Below the pieces are notes generated by a model. That model saw only the letters and a program-made list of their open reading frames with translations, had not been told where the DNA came from and did not search any database. Positions 25,991 through 39,420 of a DNA stretch of 64,000 nucleotides are shown here, one piece after another. The DNA comes from Hemiscyllium ocellatum (Eukaryota): the NCBI RefSeq assembly GCF_020745735.1, contig NC_083409.1, positions 48,876,048 through 48,940,047 on the forward strand. Reading direction: 5' to 3'. The position numbers and the translations under genes are program-made. The first letter of the stretch is position 1. Every line of letters starts with the position of its first letter.

Positions 25991-27049
25991 AAACCTATTC
26001 CAAGTCCTGGATATCTTTTAAACTGAACATCCCTTATTCACAACTGACTTCTCTTTTCCCCTTCCCCCTGAACTACCATTCTTCCATAGTCTGCTGACCC
26101 TCTGCCAATTGCTAACCTCACTTAGGCTCCACAGACACAATACCTCCCTGACTCCATCTCTGACTCACTCTCGTCTCCTTCCACTGACCTCACTCTCATT
26201 GACCTATGCTCAGCCCTCATCCACTTAATTGCCACACTACCTGCCATCCTACCCACCAACCACCCCACTCATCTGCCAATGTACCCAGCTTTCGTTGCCT
26301 TTATGTCTACCTGACACCCTACTGCCGTACCCTCTTACATTACCACTCTTACCTATTTACTTCACTCACCCACACTCATTCACTAGAAGTCATTAAATAC
26401 TTTGAATGTCACTAAAGGAGTAATTATATTCAGTTATTATTAAATAATTACATATATCTTTGTTACATTAACAATTAATCATTACACATAATATTGAATG
26501 TTTAAATAAACAGAAGAAAATAAAAAGCCTGTGTAATATGGAGAGAAGATTAATTACACTTATCCTTCTATGTGACTCTGTGCTGTTTGCCGCTGTTTTT
26601 AACTGGCATTCTGGGGTCATGTGTGAGTCTGGCTTTGCCTCCTTTGGGCTGAATTGAGGCCTAGACACCAAGTCATGATGAAGGTATCCAGGAGTAGCCA
26701 GATGCAAAAGACTACCCACAAAACAATGCAGAAAAATAACTAAGAAGTTTTTGATTGAATAACAAACGGCTGGATCTGTTTTGATGGTATTCGATGGTAT
26801 TGCATTCACAAAAGCGTGCTGCTGGAATTTTTAAAAAATTGGGATGAATAATATAGCAACACTTTGATCATGGACAATATTTCTGTGACATAACTGTTGT
26901 CGGGAAACAACAGCCAATTTGCAAGAAAACCAGAAACAGCTGAAGAAACTCAGCAGCTCTGGCATATTTGGAGAGAGAAAGAGATTCCAATGATTCCTCT
27001 TCAGAACCAATTTTCATGAAAATTTTAAGATTACCAAAAAAGTAACTCA

Positions 27050-27320
27050 ATAGATGACCAGATCAACTCCCTTAGTGATGTTAGTTAGGGAATAAATATT
27101 GACCAGGAGCATGTGTATGTCTGCTTACTATTCTTTGAATAGTGCTTTGGTGTATTTTATGTGGAGCAAAGAGTTCGATTTAACACCTTGTCAGAAATAC
27201 AATGGCACAAGTGGTGCCTCACTGAATTATCAGCCTAGATCAAAATTCTGGAGTGGATCTTGACCCAACAATCCCTTGTTTTACGGTCAAAATTGCTATT
27301 AATTCATTAAAGTCTGAGAC
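27050..27320 (+). mobile_element. Deu/AmnSINE-like 3' segment
   Basis: gggaataaatattgaccagga...ctattctttgaatagtgc...tcagcctagat...ctggagtggatcttga pattern, recalled as DeuSINE-type. Confidence 0.4.
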
Positions 27321-27639
27321 CTTACGTAAAACTGCGAAAGCTGAGCTAATGAAAAGGGAAGAAAGGATTATCTGTACAGTGGGGCAAAAAGAATAAGTGA
27401 AATAAGTAAGAAAGCAAAGCAAATAAATGAATGGTTCAGAAGTCCAGAGTTGAAAGCTGCAAGGGGAGATTTGCCATGCTGAGGTTTCAATGCTGCAAAG
27501 GAATACCTTTTAAGTTATACAAATGCACTCTGAGCTTTGTATATGTGACACTGACGCTGAATAAAGTAACATGATTGATTTAGGAAGCATCCTAGAGCAA
27601 TAATAATATGTTTCTCCCATCCTATTTTATACTGAGATT

Positions 27640-27850
27640 ATTTTTATTTTCACATTGTGGTATGCTGTCCAGAGTTCTTGGCCTCATCATTGGTCTCACT
27701 GTCGCCTCTGATCTCAGATGGAACTCCCACATCTCCATTGCTAAATCTGCCTCCCAGAAGATTAGCTTCCTTTTTCATGCCAAAGTATATTTTTTCTTCA
27801 TCAGTACTCATGTTTAACTCTGTTTAAAGCTGATCATGTATCATGGAGGT
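27640..27850 (+). mobile_element. Old non-LTR (CR1/L2-group) RT-downstream fragment
   Basis: GLTVASDLRWNSHISIAKSASQKISFLFHAK. Confidence 0.55.
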
Positions 27851-30800
27851 TCCCTGTTGAAGCCATTTCAACCTTCCTGTAATCCACTTTATTATTTCCA
27901 AAACTGTCTTTGTGGGCTAGATCTTTGCTACTGAATTCAGTAGCTTGAATCGGAAAATTTTTTGGCATGTGGACACACTTCAGTATAACGGACCCCATCG
28001 CATGTAATTTTCACGACAGAGAGGTGAGGTGTGATCAAGTTGGGCCTGCTCACTCTAGAGGCAGAATGGAATGAGGTGGCCACAGAAGCAGGTATGTGTT
28101 ATATCAGACTGGTGAGGAGTTCACATCAGTTCTCTAAAAATTCTGTTCATCTTTATGAAAGGCCATTGGACACAACCCTGCCCCCATTGCCACCACCTCA
28201 TACCCCACGTCACTAACATTGTTGCCTCACACTCGTATGTCACTTCATATTACTTCCACAATAACTCATGCAGCATTTATTATGGGTAGACTTTCGGAAC
28301 CAAATAGAAACGAAGAAAATTACACTTTTAGCAATCTCTTACAGCTCTCACTCATACATTCTTAATACAGAAAAAATTAAACTTTTCATCCATGAAATGT
28401 ATTCAAGGTTTTTAAATCTCCATAAATGGTCAAACTGTTATAAAAACAAACAAACGTTCATTCGATAACCATGTCAAAAACAGTTAATCTTTTTAATAAC
28501 GTCTTAAATGATCAATCAAAATACAAATTCAGCACCCCATGGAGATTAGTTTTGAATCTTTTAAAACTCAGACAAGCATTCAGAATGGGTTCAGTTTAAT
28601 AACAGTTTTTGAGAAATGTCAACAATGTGTTTGACCAAATCTGCATGAATCGATGGTGATATTTTGTTTTCTTTGCTACAACAATTAGCCTTTGAATCAA
28701 TGCATTCAAGCAGCATGCTTTTTTCTTTTAATTTTGACAGCTGCAGTTTGGTGTTTTGTTTTAATTTTTGAAGGGCTAGTGGTTGAAATAAATTCAGGTT
28801 ATGGCAATTAATCAGGAGTGTTTGTATCTCCTGTATAAATTTGTGAATACTATACGGCAAATTTTGGTTGTTTGACTAGTGAAAAAGGGTATGTTTGAAC
28901 TCAGCACTATTTTCAAACAGTCCAACAGATTTGTTCTTGATGCCAGTTTGATTCACTATCCATACCTTTTTCACTATGAGGAAAAATTGTTTCTGATGGA
29001 GGGGTGGGTCCTCTGTATTTGGGTCCTGTCCAACATTTTTAAAGATTCCTGGAGTTGTCTGCACTCCATGAGGGACTGGCCCTGTGATTTCTCCCCTTTT
29101 ATAATCTTAACTGTTTAAACCCAGATTTAACATTACATAATAAATGTTCCTTTCTACAACATTGTCTTCCTTTACTCTTGGTAGATTATAGATTAAGGGC
29201 TTTGCCTCTTCACCTCGTTTGAGACTTTAATAATGTTCACATTCAGTAATGTCTTGGATAACTTCAATAATATCATATGTCCTTCCAAGTCTTGGGATGG
29301 ATTTTAAAACTAATGGATATTCCCTTGGTTGCTCCAAATGCTCGTGATGAATTAATGTAACACACCTGGCCCAGCCTCTTAGCTGGTTTAAAGGGCTTGA
29401 TGTCCTTCCTTTTTTAAAATTAGATTCAGGTTTAAATTTCAAAAGACTGAAAATTAAATTTCTTCATCATGTCTGAATAATGAAAGCAGAAGCCCCCATC
29501 TAAGTTTCATTCAACTTTGTCAGAACATACATTTGACTTTAGATAAAGGGAAAACAAGGAATGAAGTAATTTCAGGAAACAGCAGGTCATGCCCAGCTGC
29601 TGTTACATTTCTGTTTTCATTAACATACAAGAAAAGCCTTACATTGTGTTTAATATGTGCAAAACACATTACTATGGAAATGAGGGAAATAATAAATTTG
29701 TTGTTGTTAATGGAAATTTAAATGTATTTGTAAAGATTACTATCAGCATTAAAATCATGTCCAGAAGGAATGTGCTTATTGTTTCACTAAAATAATGAAA
29801 CATTCAGAAGGAAGCAATTATGAAGAAACTTACTTTAATTGTTTAAAGTGAAATTACACAATTGTGAGGAATCAATAGTAGCTTGTTTGTATTTTTCATA
29901 TTTCAAATAAAATTTCTAGCTTTGTTGATATGGCTGCTGAACAGTTCAGTTTCTGACATTATGCTGTTGGAATAATCTCAAGCTGCTGCATTGTCGTTTC
30001 TCAGTTAACCAATCATATAACTGGGAACTCAATATCACACAAAGTTTTCCCTATGCTTCTTGTCTTGCTACTCTACCTTCAGCCTGATTACTACCTACAG
30101 TAAGAAAAGTAGAAAAAATGATTTTCTTTCATCTGCAACTCAGTCGCGTTTTCCACCAATGTGTTAATTCATGTTGGTTTATAAATTGTGGGTTAAGGTT
30201 TCTATTCTTTGTGTGAGTGCCTAGATAGCAATTATTGGTGGGCTCTTTTCCTATTGAGGAGAATGGCATCACATTTTAACTTGAGCCTGTTGTGGCCCAA
30301 TTTTGAGACAAATTTGCTTTCCAATAGATATCACTGGATATGTTCAACTGGAGAGATTTGGGCTGATTTTCCCCTTCTTACCCAGGGGTACAGGTACATT
30401 AATGTAATTCTCCATAAGTCCTATGTTATACTGGTTTATTACTATTTGTTACTGTTAGATCCACTGCTTGCCCTAAGTTACTACCAAGAAACCCACAACC
30501 AGGTTTCTATTATCCTTTATAAATCTCTTTGCCAACCCTCCATTAATCTTTCTGTGTTTCACTGCCAACTCTCTATTATTCTAAATATGTCTCCCTGCCA
30601 TTGGCCTACCTATATTTTCCTTTAGGTAACTCACTGCCAGCCCCTCTTTATTCTGTGTGGCTCCTCCCACTGCCAACTCCATGACATCCTCTGACTTACT
30701 GTATGTGACTAATTTTCAGATCTTTAAGGGGAGATATTCCTGGCTGACTGTCAGGTGTACTGTATCATCTGGTGATATCACCCAGTCAATTTTGGGAAGT

Positions 30801-31269
30801 TAGTATAAAAAAGTACATTAAATTTTCTTCCTTTCAGTTTCATGGAGGATAATCAGGTGTGTTCCTTTACTGACCAACTTAACTTTATGATATTGACTGT
30901 CTAGATCATTCACTGCACTTGATAACAGGGCAGGAAAATCTCTCCAATCATGTTACTCCTTGTTCCCTCTATATAACTCATTACCATCGGTTCATACTTG
31001 ATGTAGAGCTCACTGACAACATGTTACAGTGTGTTAGTCTATTAGACTTCTGTAATTGTTACCCTCTTTATAATTTCTGGCCAGTCTTATAATATTCTCT
31101 GTATAGTTCAGTATTATCTTATATGTAGGTAGTAATAGTTCTGTATTATATTGTAGGTAATTTTTTAAAAAATTGCTCACCGTGTGTGAATATCAGTGAT
31201 TCGGCAAACATGTATAGCCAAGCATTAACTCTGGAGAAGGTAGTAGTTAACTGCATTCTTGAACCATTA

Positions 31270-32025
31270 CATTTCATGTGATGCATTTTGGTAGGAAGAG
31301 CATGGACAGATAATATAAAATAGAGGTTACAATTCTTGCAGAGAAGACTGGATGTATATATGCATAGATCACTGAAAGTAGCAGAATAGGTGGAATTAAT
31401 AAAAATGTACAGTAGCATCTGCTTTATTAATTGCCACACAGAGTACAAGAGCAAGGAAACTATGCAAACTTATACAAGACACTTCTTAGACTTCAGCTTG
31501 AGGATTGTGTACAGTTCTGGATTCCACACTGTAGGAAGGATATAAATGTATTGGAGAGACTGCAGTAGAGATTACAAAAGTGGTTCCAGGGATGAGAAAA
31601 TTCAGTAATAAGGATAGATTGGAGAGCTTGGGAATGCCTCCCTGGAGAGAAAGTAACTAAGAGGTGATCTTATGGTATTTTTCAAAATTAAAAGCATTCT
31701 CCTTGGAGTAGATAGGGAGAAATAAAAGGATAGAGAATGAGAGGGCAGAGATTCAAAATGATTGTAAACGTAGCAAGTATGAGGTAAGGAAAATACATTT
31801 TCACACTAGTGATTTGGATCTGTAATGCACTGCCTGGAAATGTGGTCAAGGTAGAGTCATTTGAGGCATTCAAGAGGGCATTGGATGATTATTTGAATAG
31901 GAATAAGGTGCAAAAGTATGGGGAAACAGCAGGTGAATGACACCGTCAGGATGCTTGTTGGAGAGCTAACACAAACATGTTGGGCTGAATGGCTTCCTTC
32001 TGAGCTGTAGCAATTCTGGCGATTC
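31270..32025 (+). mobile_element. Old CR1 LINE 3' fragment
   Basis: tatacaagacactt..agacttcagcttgaggattgtgtacagttctgg; tail gggctgaatggcttccttctgagctgtag. Confidence 0.72.
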
Positions 32026-33584
32026 TACGTAGGGTCACATCGACAGCATTGTTAGGAAGGGAGTTCCAGGATTTTTGATAATGAAGGATTGGTGATATAG
32101 TTCCAAGTCAGGATAGTATGTGGCTTGGAGGGGAACTTGCCAATGGTGATGCTTCAGGCTACCCTTTAAGAATCCATCCATTTTACTATATAACTCAGTG
32201 ACAGCTTTTAAGTACGCTTTAAATAATTCCTGAACCCACAAAGGGAGATTGTTGGGTCCCCATTCATTTTTTTATGGTGCTCTGTAAAGGTAGTATTAAA
32301 GGACAAACTGTTGGAATAACTACTGATTATTTGGGTGAGAATTTCAACATGTGTAAGATGATGGGGTCAGGTAAGCAAGTTTAAATTGCAAAAGGATGTT
32401 TTGATAGCTATATTTGATAATATAATTCCAATCATAGCAACAATGTACCTTTATATAACATATTTAATGTAGAAATGTAATGAGACAAGAATAAACAGTA
32501 AATCACTGAAGGGAATATTGGATGAAATAGGAAAGCTTAGCCAGAAAGATTAATGATACAATAGAGATGGAAATGCAGATAGGCTTAGGGAGGGAATGTC
32601 AAACCATTGAGCTTAAAAGGCTGAAATCACAGTCTCCAAAGTTATAACAGATGGACAGGGTGGGGGGTGAGGAAGGGAATACGTTGGAAGCCAGAGCTGA
32701 GAGTCAGTTTTTGGAGAATAATAGGACTGCAGTTGCTGACATGGGTAGGTAGGGAGAAGTTCATGACAGAATTTCAATGTGAATGAATCAGCAGTTTTAT
32801 GGATCAGCAAGTACAGAAGCAGTGGGTGAGCAAGATTCAGGCATCAGTATTTTAGGTGAGTTGAGGATGGAAGATTACAGATTATTGGATGGCTGGAAAT
32901 ATGGTGTCTGGATATGGCAAAGGCAGAATGAGGATTTTAACGGTAGATTTGAATTTTGTTTGACAAACTAGACACACTATAACCTGAACTCCTTAGACAT
33001 GTACTTCTCAATCCCTCATTGGGAAGTGCATTTATCCACAAAGTCATTTCAAGTTACGTTGGTAGCAGAATTATAACTGCTTAAGTAATATGTCACTGTC
33101 TCTCCAGATCGGCTGTTGTACAAGCAGTGTTAGCATTGTGGCAAAGTATGTCATAAATTGAAGGAAATGGATGGACAATGTTAACTATTGTTTGGTCTCC
33201 TTGTAGGGAGACTGATATTTAAATTTAAAACTAGAACAAAATGCTTGCCATAATATGTTTTATGAATGACACAAAGTTTGCAAATTGAAGATAAAACTGG
33301 AAGATAAGTAGTTCTATAAATTTTAGATAAGGGAAAAGAAAGGATTGGATTAGGAAACAATGGTTTGGGTCGCAATGAAGGAAGAAGCAGAGAAATAGGA
33401 AATGTGGAAGTAGGAGTTCAAAGAAAGGAATGACCATCCTACCATTGATAAACACAGCACAAGGTTGCAACAGAGAGAAAATTTAGAGGCCAAATGTGAA
33501 AGGATGATGAATTAACAGACAATACAATTTATTCTTTGAAAATACAGTACACTGTGCAAATGAGTTGCAAGAGGAACCTCAGAA

Positions 33585-33905
33585 TTTCTTCCCAGGGATG
33601 GGAGAGTCCAGAACTAGAGGACACAGGTTTGGGGTAAGAGGGGAAAGATATAAAAGGGACCTAAGGGACAACGTTTTCACGCAGAGTGTGGTACATATAT
33701 GGAATGAGCTGCCAGAGAAGTGGTGGAGACTAGTACAATTGCAACATTTAAAAGGCACCTGGATGGGTATATGAATAGGAAGGGTTTGGAGGGATATGGG
33801 CCAGATGCTGGCAGATGGGACTAGCTTGGGTTGGGATATCTGTTCAGCATGGACGAGTTGGACCGAGGGGTCTGTTTCTGCGCTGTACATCTCTATGACT
33901 CTATA
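33585..33905 (+). mobile_element. HER1-like CR1 3' end
   Basis: Near-identical to 7230-7550; tail ctctatgactctat. Confidence 0.85.
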
Positions 33906-35319
33906 TGTAAGCATTGGATGAACTTAAACTTAGAAAGTTAAGAATATTGAGGGAAAGAGAAACATTCAATATAAAACAGAAAAGGTCTTCATGAGCTAAG
34001 AATAATGATTGATGTGTGAGTCTTTGTGAATGATAGGTTTTCGCATTTGTGGATATATTGTAATAATTTCTGTTATTTGGGGATATTATCTGTTTAAATG
34101 CCAAAATAAATAGCTCAACAACCATTGGTGCTGCCAACAGCCAATCTTTAAACCATTAAATAGAATTCTAGACTATATATGTTAATAACTTTGACTTCCC
34201 ACTGGGTTGTGATTTGAATTTTCTCTGAGATTTCCTGGTTGGCTCTAGTTGGAGAACAAGATGTGATTTTAGGATCATGTTGAATGTTTAAGTGTTTTGT
34301 TGGGTTTTTATGCAGGTTCATTTCATTACATGAAAAATGTATTTGTAAATCTAACTTGTCAGATTATAAACTTGCAATCACAATTGGAAAACTCAGTATG
34401 TGAAGCACTTTTACCTCCTTTGGTTACCCCATCTTATTGCAAACATTAATATTTATGAAACAGATAATAAAGCAAATCAGGTGGAACACCTTATTGTAGA
34501 ATAAACTACCATCTCTGGACTAAGGGTGGATTTGGGGAGATAATGAGTAGGAAGAGAGTTGAGTTGAAGTTGTTAAAAATAATAAACTTGTTACGCTCAA
34601 TGACTTGTTCCATTCCCAGAAGATTCTCATGTTGTTCAAACAAAATTATAGATGTAAATTGGTCTAAAGTTGTCAGTATATTGCTTATTGGTGATATAAT
34701 TACACATTTCATTTTTAATTCACTAGTGGAACATGGGCATTGCTGGCTGGCTAGCATTTATTGCTTGTCCTAGGTATACTTAAGAAGGTCATGGTGAGTT
34801 ACCTTCTTGAACTGCTGCAGTCCATATACTGTAGATAGGCTCACAATGCTCTTGGGGAGGGAATTCCTGGCTCTTTCTCTACTTCTTTCTTAAATTACAA
34901 TAAAGTAATAAATGCATTTAAGTCTGTGTACCATATGAATCTTTGAACAGCAAAGTCCATACAGATTTAGAGGGAAAGATTGCAATCTAAATGTTTTTAA
35001 TTAAAGTTTTACCATTATCTCTGTGTTTCCTTGTAATGATGGGGACAACCTGGGAGCAGACATTTTGTGTGGAACATAAGATCTTGGCTGATCTGGTTGT
35101 GGCATCAACTCCACTTTCTTGTCCACTTTAGCAGCTGCATGAGAACCACAGTCGCCTCGCCTAAAGACAATCCCCACAATATTCCTTGATCCAGGCACTC
35201 ATCTAGAGAAGCTTCATGCCACCAGAAGTTGACATTGTGCCCTTCGTGGCCCAAGGAGCAGAGAAATCATTTTGTTTTGCACAATATTTATCTGCATACA
35301 CATAAATTGAAGTGTTACT

Positions 35320-37190
35320 TTGGTGAAGCTACCACACAAGACTTTTTGCATGCCAAACAGCAGAAGCAGCAAGTGATAGATAGAGCAAAGCGATCCAACA
35401 ATTAATGGATTAGACCTAAGCTCTGCAATGCTACCATATCCAGCTGTGAATGGTGATGGGCAATTAAACAACTCACTGGAGGAGGAGGCTCCACAAATAT
35501 CCCCTCCTTCAATGATGGTAGAGCCCAACTCATCAGTGCAAAAGGTAAGGCTGAAGCTTTTGCGCAATCTTCAGCCAGAAGTGCACGGTGGATGATTCAA
35601 CTTGGCCTCCTGCAGTGGCGCCAGCGTCACATATACCAGCATCAGCCAATTTGATTTACTCCATGTCTTATCAAGAAATGGTTGGAGGCACTGGATACTG
35701 CAAAGGCTGTGTGCCCTGACAACATTTCAGCAATATGACTGAAGTTTTATGCTCAAGCATGTTCCACCCCTAACAAAGATGTTTAAGTAAAGTTACAACA
35801 CTGGCATCGCCTGACAATGTGGAAGTTGCCTAGGTAAGACAATCCAACCTGGAAATTACTGCCCCATCAGTCTACTTTTGATCACTGGCAAAATGATGGA
35901 GCGTGTCACGAATAGTGATATCAAGCAGTAGCAGCTCAGCAATAACCTTCTCATTGATGCCTAGTTTGGGTTTCACCAGGCATTCTCAACACCTGACCTT
36001 GTTTACAACTTGGTTCAAATAGGATTGAAAGCGTTGCATTCCAGAGGTGAGGTGAGAGCGACTGCCCTTGACATTAAGGCTGTATTCGACTAAGCGTGAC
36101 ATCAAGAAACCTCAGCAAAACTAGAACCAATGGAAATCACAGGGCAAATGCTCCCATTGGAACATGGTTGTGGTTATTGGTGATCAGTCATCTCAGCTCT
36201 AGAACATCTCTGCAGGAGTTCCTTAGAGTAGTGTCCTAGGCCCAACCATCTTCAGCTGCTTCATCAATGACATTCCCTCCATCATAAGATCAGAAATGGA
36301 GATGTTTGCTGATGATTGCACAATGTTCAGTTCCATTCACGACTCCTCAGAGACTGAAGCATACCAAGTTCAAATGCATCAAGATTCGGACAATATCCAG
36401 ACTTGGACTGACAAGTGGCAAATGCCACTTGTGTGGAACAAATGGTTATGACCAACGCAAGTAAGATACAGTCTAAATACTGCCCCTTGAAATTCAATTG
36501 TGTTACCATTACTGAATCTGTCACTGTCAACATCATGGAGATTACCATGGGCCAGAAATTCAACTGGACTCACCACACAAAAACAGTGGCTACAAGAACA
36601 GGTCAGATGCTAGGATTACTGTGGTGAGTAACTCACCTCCTGACTGTTCAAAAGCTGGCCACCATCTACAAGGCACAAGTCAGGAATATGATGGAATATT
36701 CCCCGTTTGCCTGGATGAGCGCTGCTCCAACAACACTCGAGAAGCTTGACACCATCCAGGACAATGGAGTCCGCTTAATAGGCACCACATTCTTGAGCAT
36801 CCATTCCCTTCACCTTCGATGCTCAAGCTGCAGTAGTGTGTACATCCTACAAGATGAACTGCAGAAATTCATCAAAAATCTTTAAGCAGTGCATTCCAAA
36901 CCTACGACCACATCCATCTAGAAGGACAAGAGCAGCAGATACATGGAATGCCACTGCCATTCCAAGCCACTCACCATCTTAATTTGGAAATATATTGCTG
37001 ATCCTTCACTGTTGCTGGGTCAAAATCCTAGAACTCCCTCCCTAGTGGCATTGTGGGTCAACCTATAGCATGTGGACTTGCAGCAGTTCAAGAAGGCAGC
37101 TCAACACCATTTTCTCAAAGGCAATTAGTGACAGGCAATAAATGCTGCCCAGCCAGCGACACCCACATCCCACGAGTGAATAACTAAAAA
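35320..37190 (+). mobile_element. 5'-truncated CR1-group LINE (degenerate RT and 3' UTR)
   Basis: LDTAKAVCPDNI, NYCPISLL, ALDIKAVFD, GVP*SSVLGPTIFSCFIND, MFADDCTMF; tail cccacatcccacgagtgaata. Confidence 0.88.
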
Positions 37191-37277
37191 TACAATCCAT
37201 TTAATGTGCAATCTTGTTGCCATCCAGCTATTTATTCAATTTCATTTTCATCCCAGGGCTACATTTGTATGCCATAG

Positions 37278-37501
37278 GAAAGTGAGGTCTGCAGTTAATG
37301 GAGATCTGAGTCAAAAGTGTGTTGCTGGAAAAACACAGCAGGTCAGGTAGCAACTGAGGAGCAGGCGAATTGACGTTTTGGGACAGAGCCCTTCATCAGG
37401 AATGTCATTCCTGATGAAGGGCTCTGGCCTGAAACGTTGATTCTCCTGCTCCTCAGATGCTGCCTGACCTGCTGTGCTTTTCCAGCAACACACTTCCGAC
37501 T
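37278..37501. mobile_element. Penelope-derived palindromic element (arms ~37309-37404 / 37406-37501), hammerhead cores at 37372-37399 (-) and 37411-37438 (+)
   Basis: Centre aggaatg-t-cattcct; 15-bp direct repeat ctacatttgtatgcc at 37259-37273 and 37500-37514. Confidence 0.88.
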
Positions 37502-39149
37502 ACATTTGTATGCCTTCCATGTACCACCATTGACAACAGGTTGTGAACCATTCTTCTTAGTCTTGGAAGCATACGACCCAAAGAAATCAAATGAAATGGA
37601 CAGAAAATATATTGTTAAAAACATTATACTGCTGAATAATACAATTATCCCATAGATCCTGGCAACCTTTTGCAGGGAAAAATAGAATTACATATAATTG
37701 CAATTGTATTCTCTGCAGATCTTAGTTCCTTTTACTGTTACGCTTTTTAACGTTCAATTGATTCAAGAAAAATACAGCAAATGCAGCCAAATGTTTCTCA
37801 TATATCAACATTATTGGAATGAATTCAGCAATTCTTACCAAATTATTTTTACCACATTCTTATAGCACCTAGGATCTAGTGACTTAAACATTGTTTGGAT
37901 AATGCACTGAATAAAAGTCATGCCCTTGAATTTGTATTTACTCACAATATTCTTGAAGAGATTTAGTTTCCACTGTTTGTTTTTAAGAAACATCTCATTC
38001 TATCCCAGGACAAAATGATCGTAATGAAACAATCTGAATTTTTAACTTGCGACTTCCTCTCAAAATACATCACCCTGGAGAAAATGACTTTCAAAATTGT
38101 TCAGAATCAGAATTTAAACCAATAAAAATCAGGAATTTGCATTTACATAGCACCTTTTACTTATATAGTTCAGAAAACCAGCTGACTTTGAAATATATTG
38201 CCATTCTTTCAGTATGGTTAGTTTAAAATCCTAGAATTCACTCTCAAATGGCATTGAGTGTCCACTTACAGCACGTGGACTGCAGCGGTTCGGGAATAGG
38301 GCCTTATAAAGGGCAAATAGGGACAGGCAATAAATGTTGGTCCAGCCAGTGATGCCCACATTCCATGAATGAATGAAAAAATATGGTAGTATATAATATT
38401 CCCTTTTCTCTCATTAAATAAAGAAATAGTTTATTTGCACAATAAAAATTTCAAAACCCTCAAATTCTTTACAAAGCATCAAGTTACAAGATGCCCTGCC
38501 TCTGGAACATTTAACAAGTTCTTTGTTTTACAAAAAAAAGCATGTAGAATCAGACAATTGACTTGTGTCCTTCCATTTAAAAATTTCTCTTTGTGTCAAC
38601 ATTTGTTTCACTCATTCCTAGATGATTACATAATTAATGTTTATCCATCTGATATTTGATTGGTGTACAGTCTTTAGTAAGCCAATTGTACAAAATCTCA
38701 TTTAAAGCATTTGACAAATAGCATCCCATGTTCATTACCAAAACAATCCCCAGTGTTCCAGCAGCCAAAGTACACTTAGCAACCCTATTTATGTTCACAA
38801 TGTGTGTCCTTTTAAAGCTGTTTTTGTTCATTACAGATTTCAGATATTACAATCAGATAGTCGAAATTGAATAATTATAATCCATTATTTTATCACCATC
38901 ATGATGTAACCTAGATAATCCAATAGCATTTCTGGAATGAGATTTAAGCAAGCATTTGGATTTAGAGATGAGGTTGCTACCAGTGAGCCAAGACTAACAC
39001 CATTGTTTTTACTGTGAGGAAACATTCAGTTGGTACTTTTTTAAAATATAGATCTCAGATCCTAAATAAAGGTTGATACAATTTCAATAAGGATCTCAGT
39101 ACATAAATAACACTCATAATATTCATTATGGCATGTAGAAGAAAAGTTT

Positions 39150-39420
39150 CAGGTTCATGCTTTCTGAATTGGTGGAATTCAGCCAGCTTTGATTCAGAAA
39201 CAAACCCTTTGATCTATGAGTGATGAGAGTTTCCATTCCTGATCACTGTCCAGTGACCCTTGCTATTATCCATGTGTAGGTGTTGAATCAAGAAAGCATT
39301 ACGCTTCGCTCTGATATCCCTTTCAAAACAAGTAATACATTTCCATCTACGCATTTGAACCTTGCCAAGTCTTACTTTTGCAGACATTCAAAGGCAGGAC
39401 GAGATGGTGAGAGTCAGTTG
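39150..39420 (+). mobile_element. Ancient LF-SINE-like remnant (related copies near 45500-45790 -, 52470-52760 +, 60200-60540 -)
   Basis: Shared motif gtccagtgacccttgct.../gactcctgttggaaag...gtgaggatagaatagg...cacatgaagaat; resemblance to LF-SINE is from recall. Confidence 0.4.
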
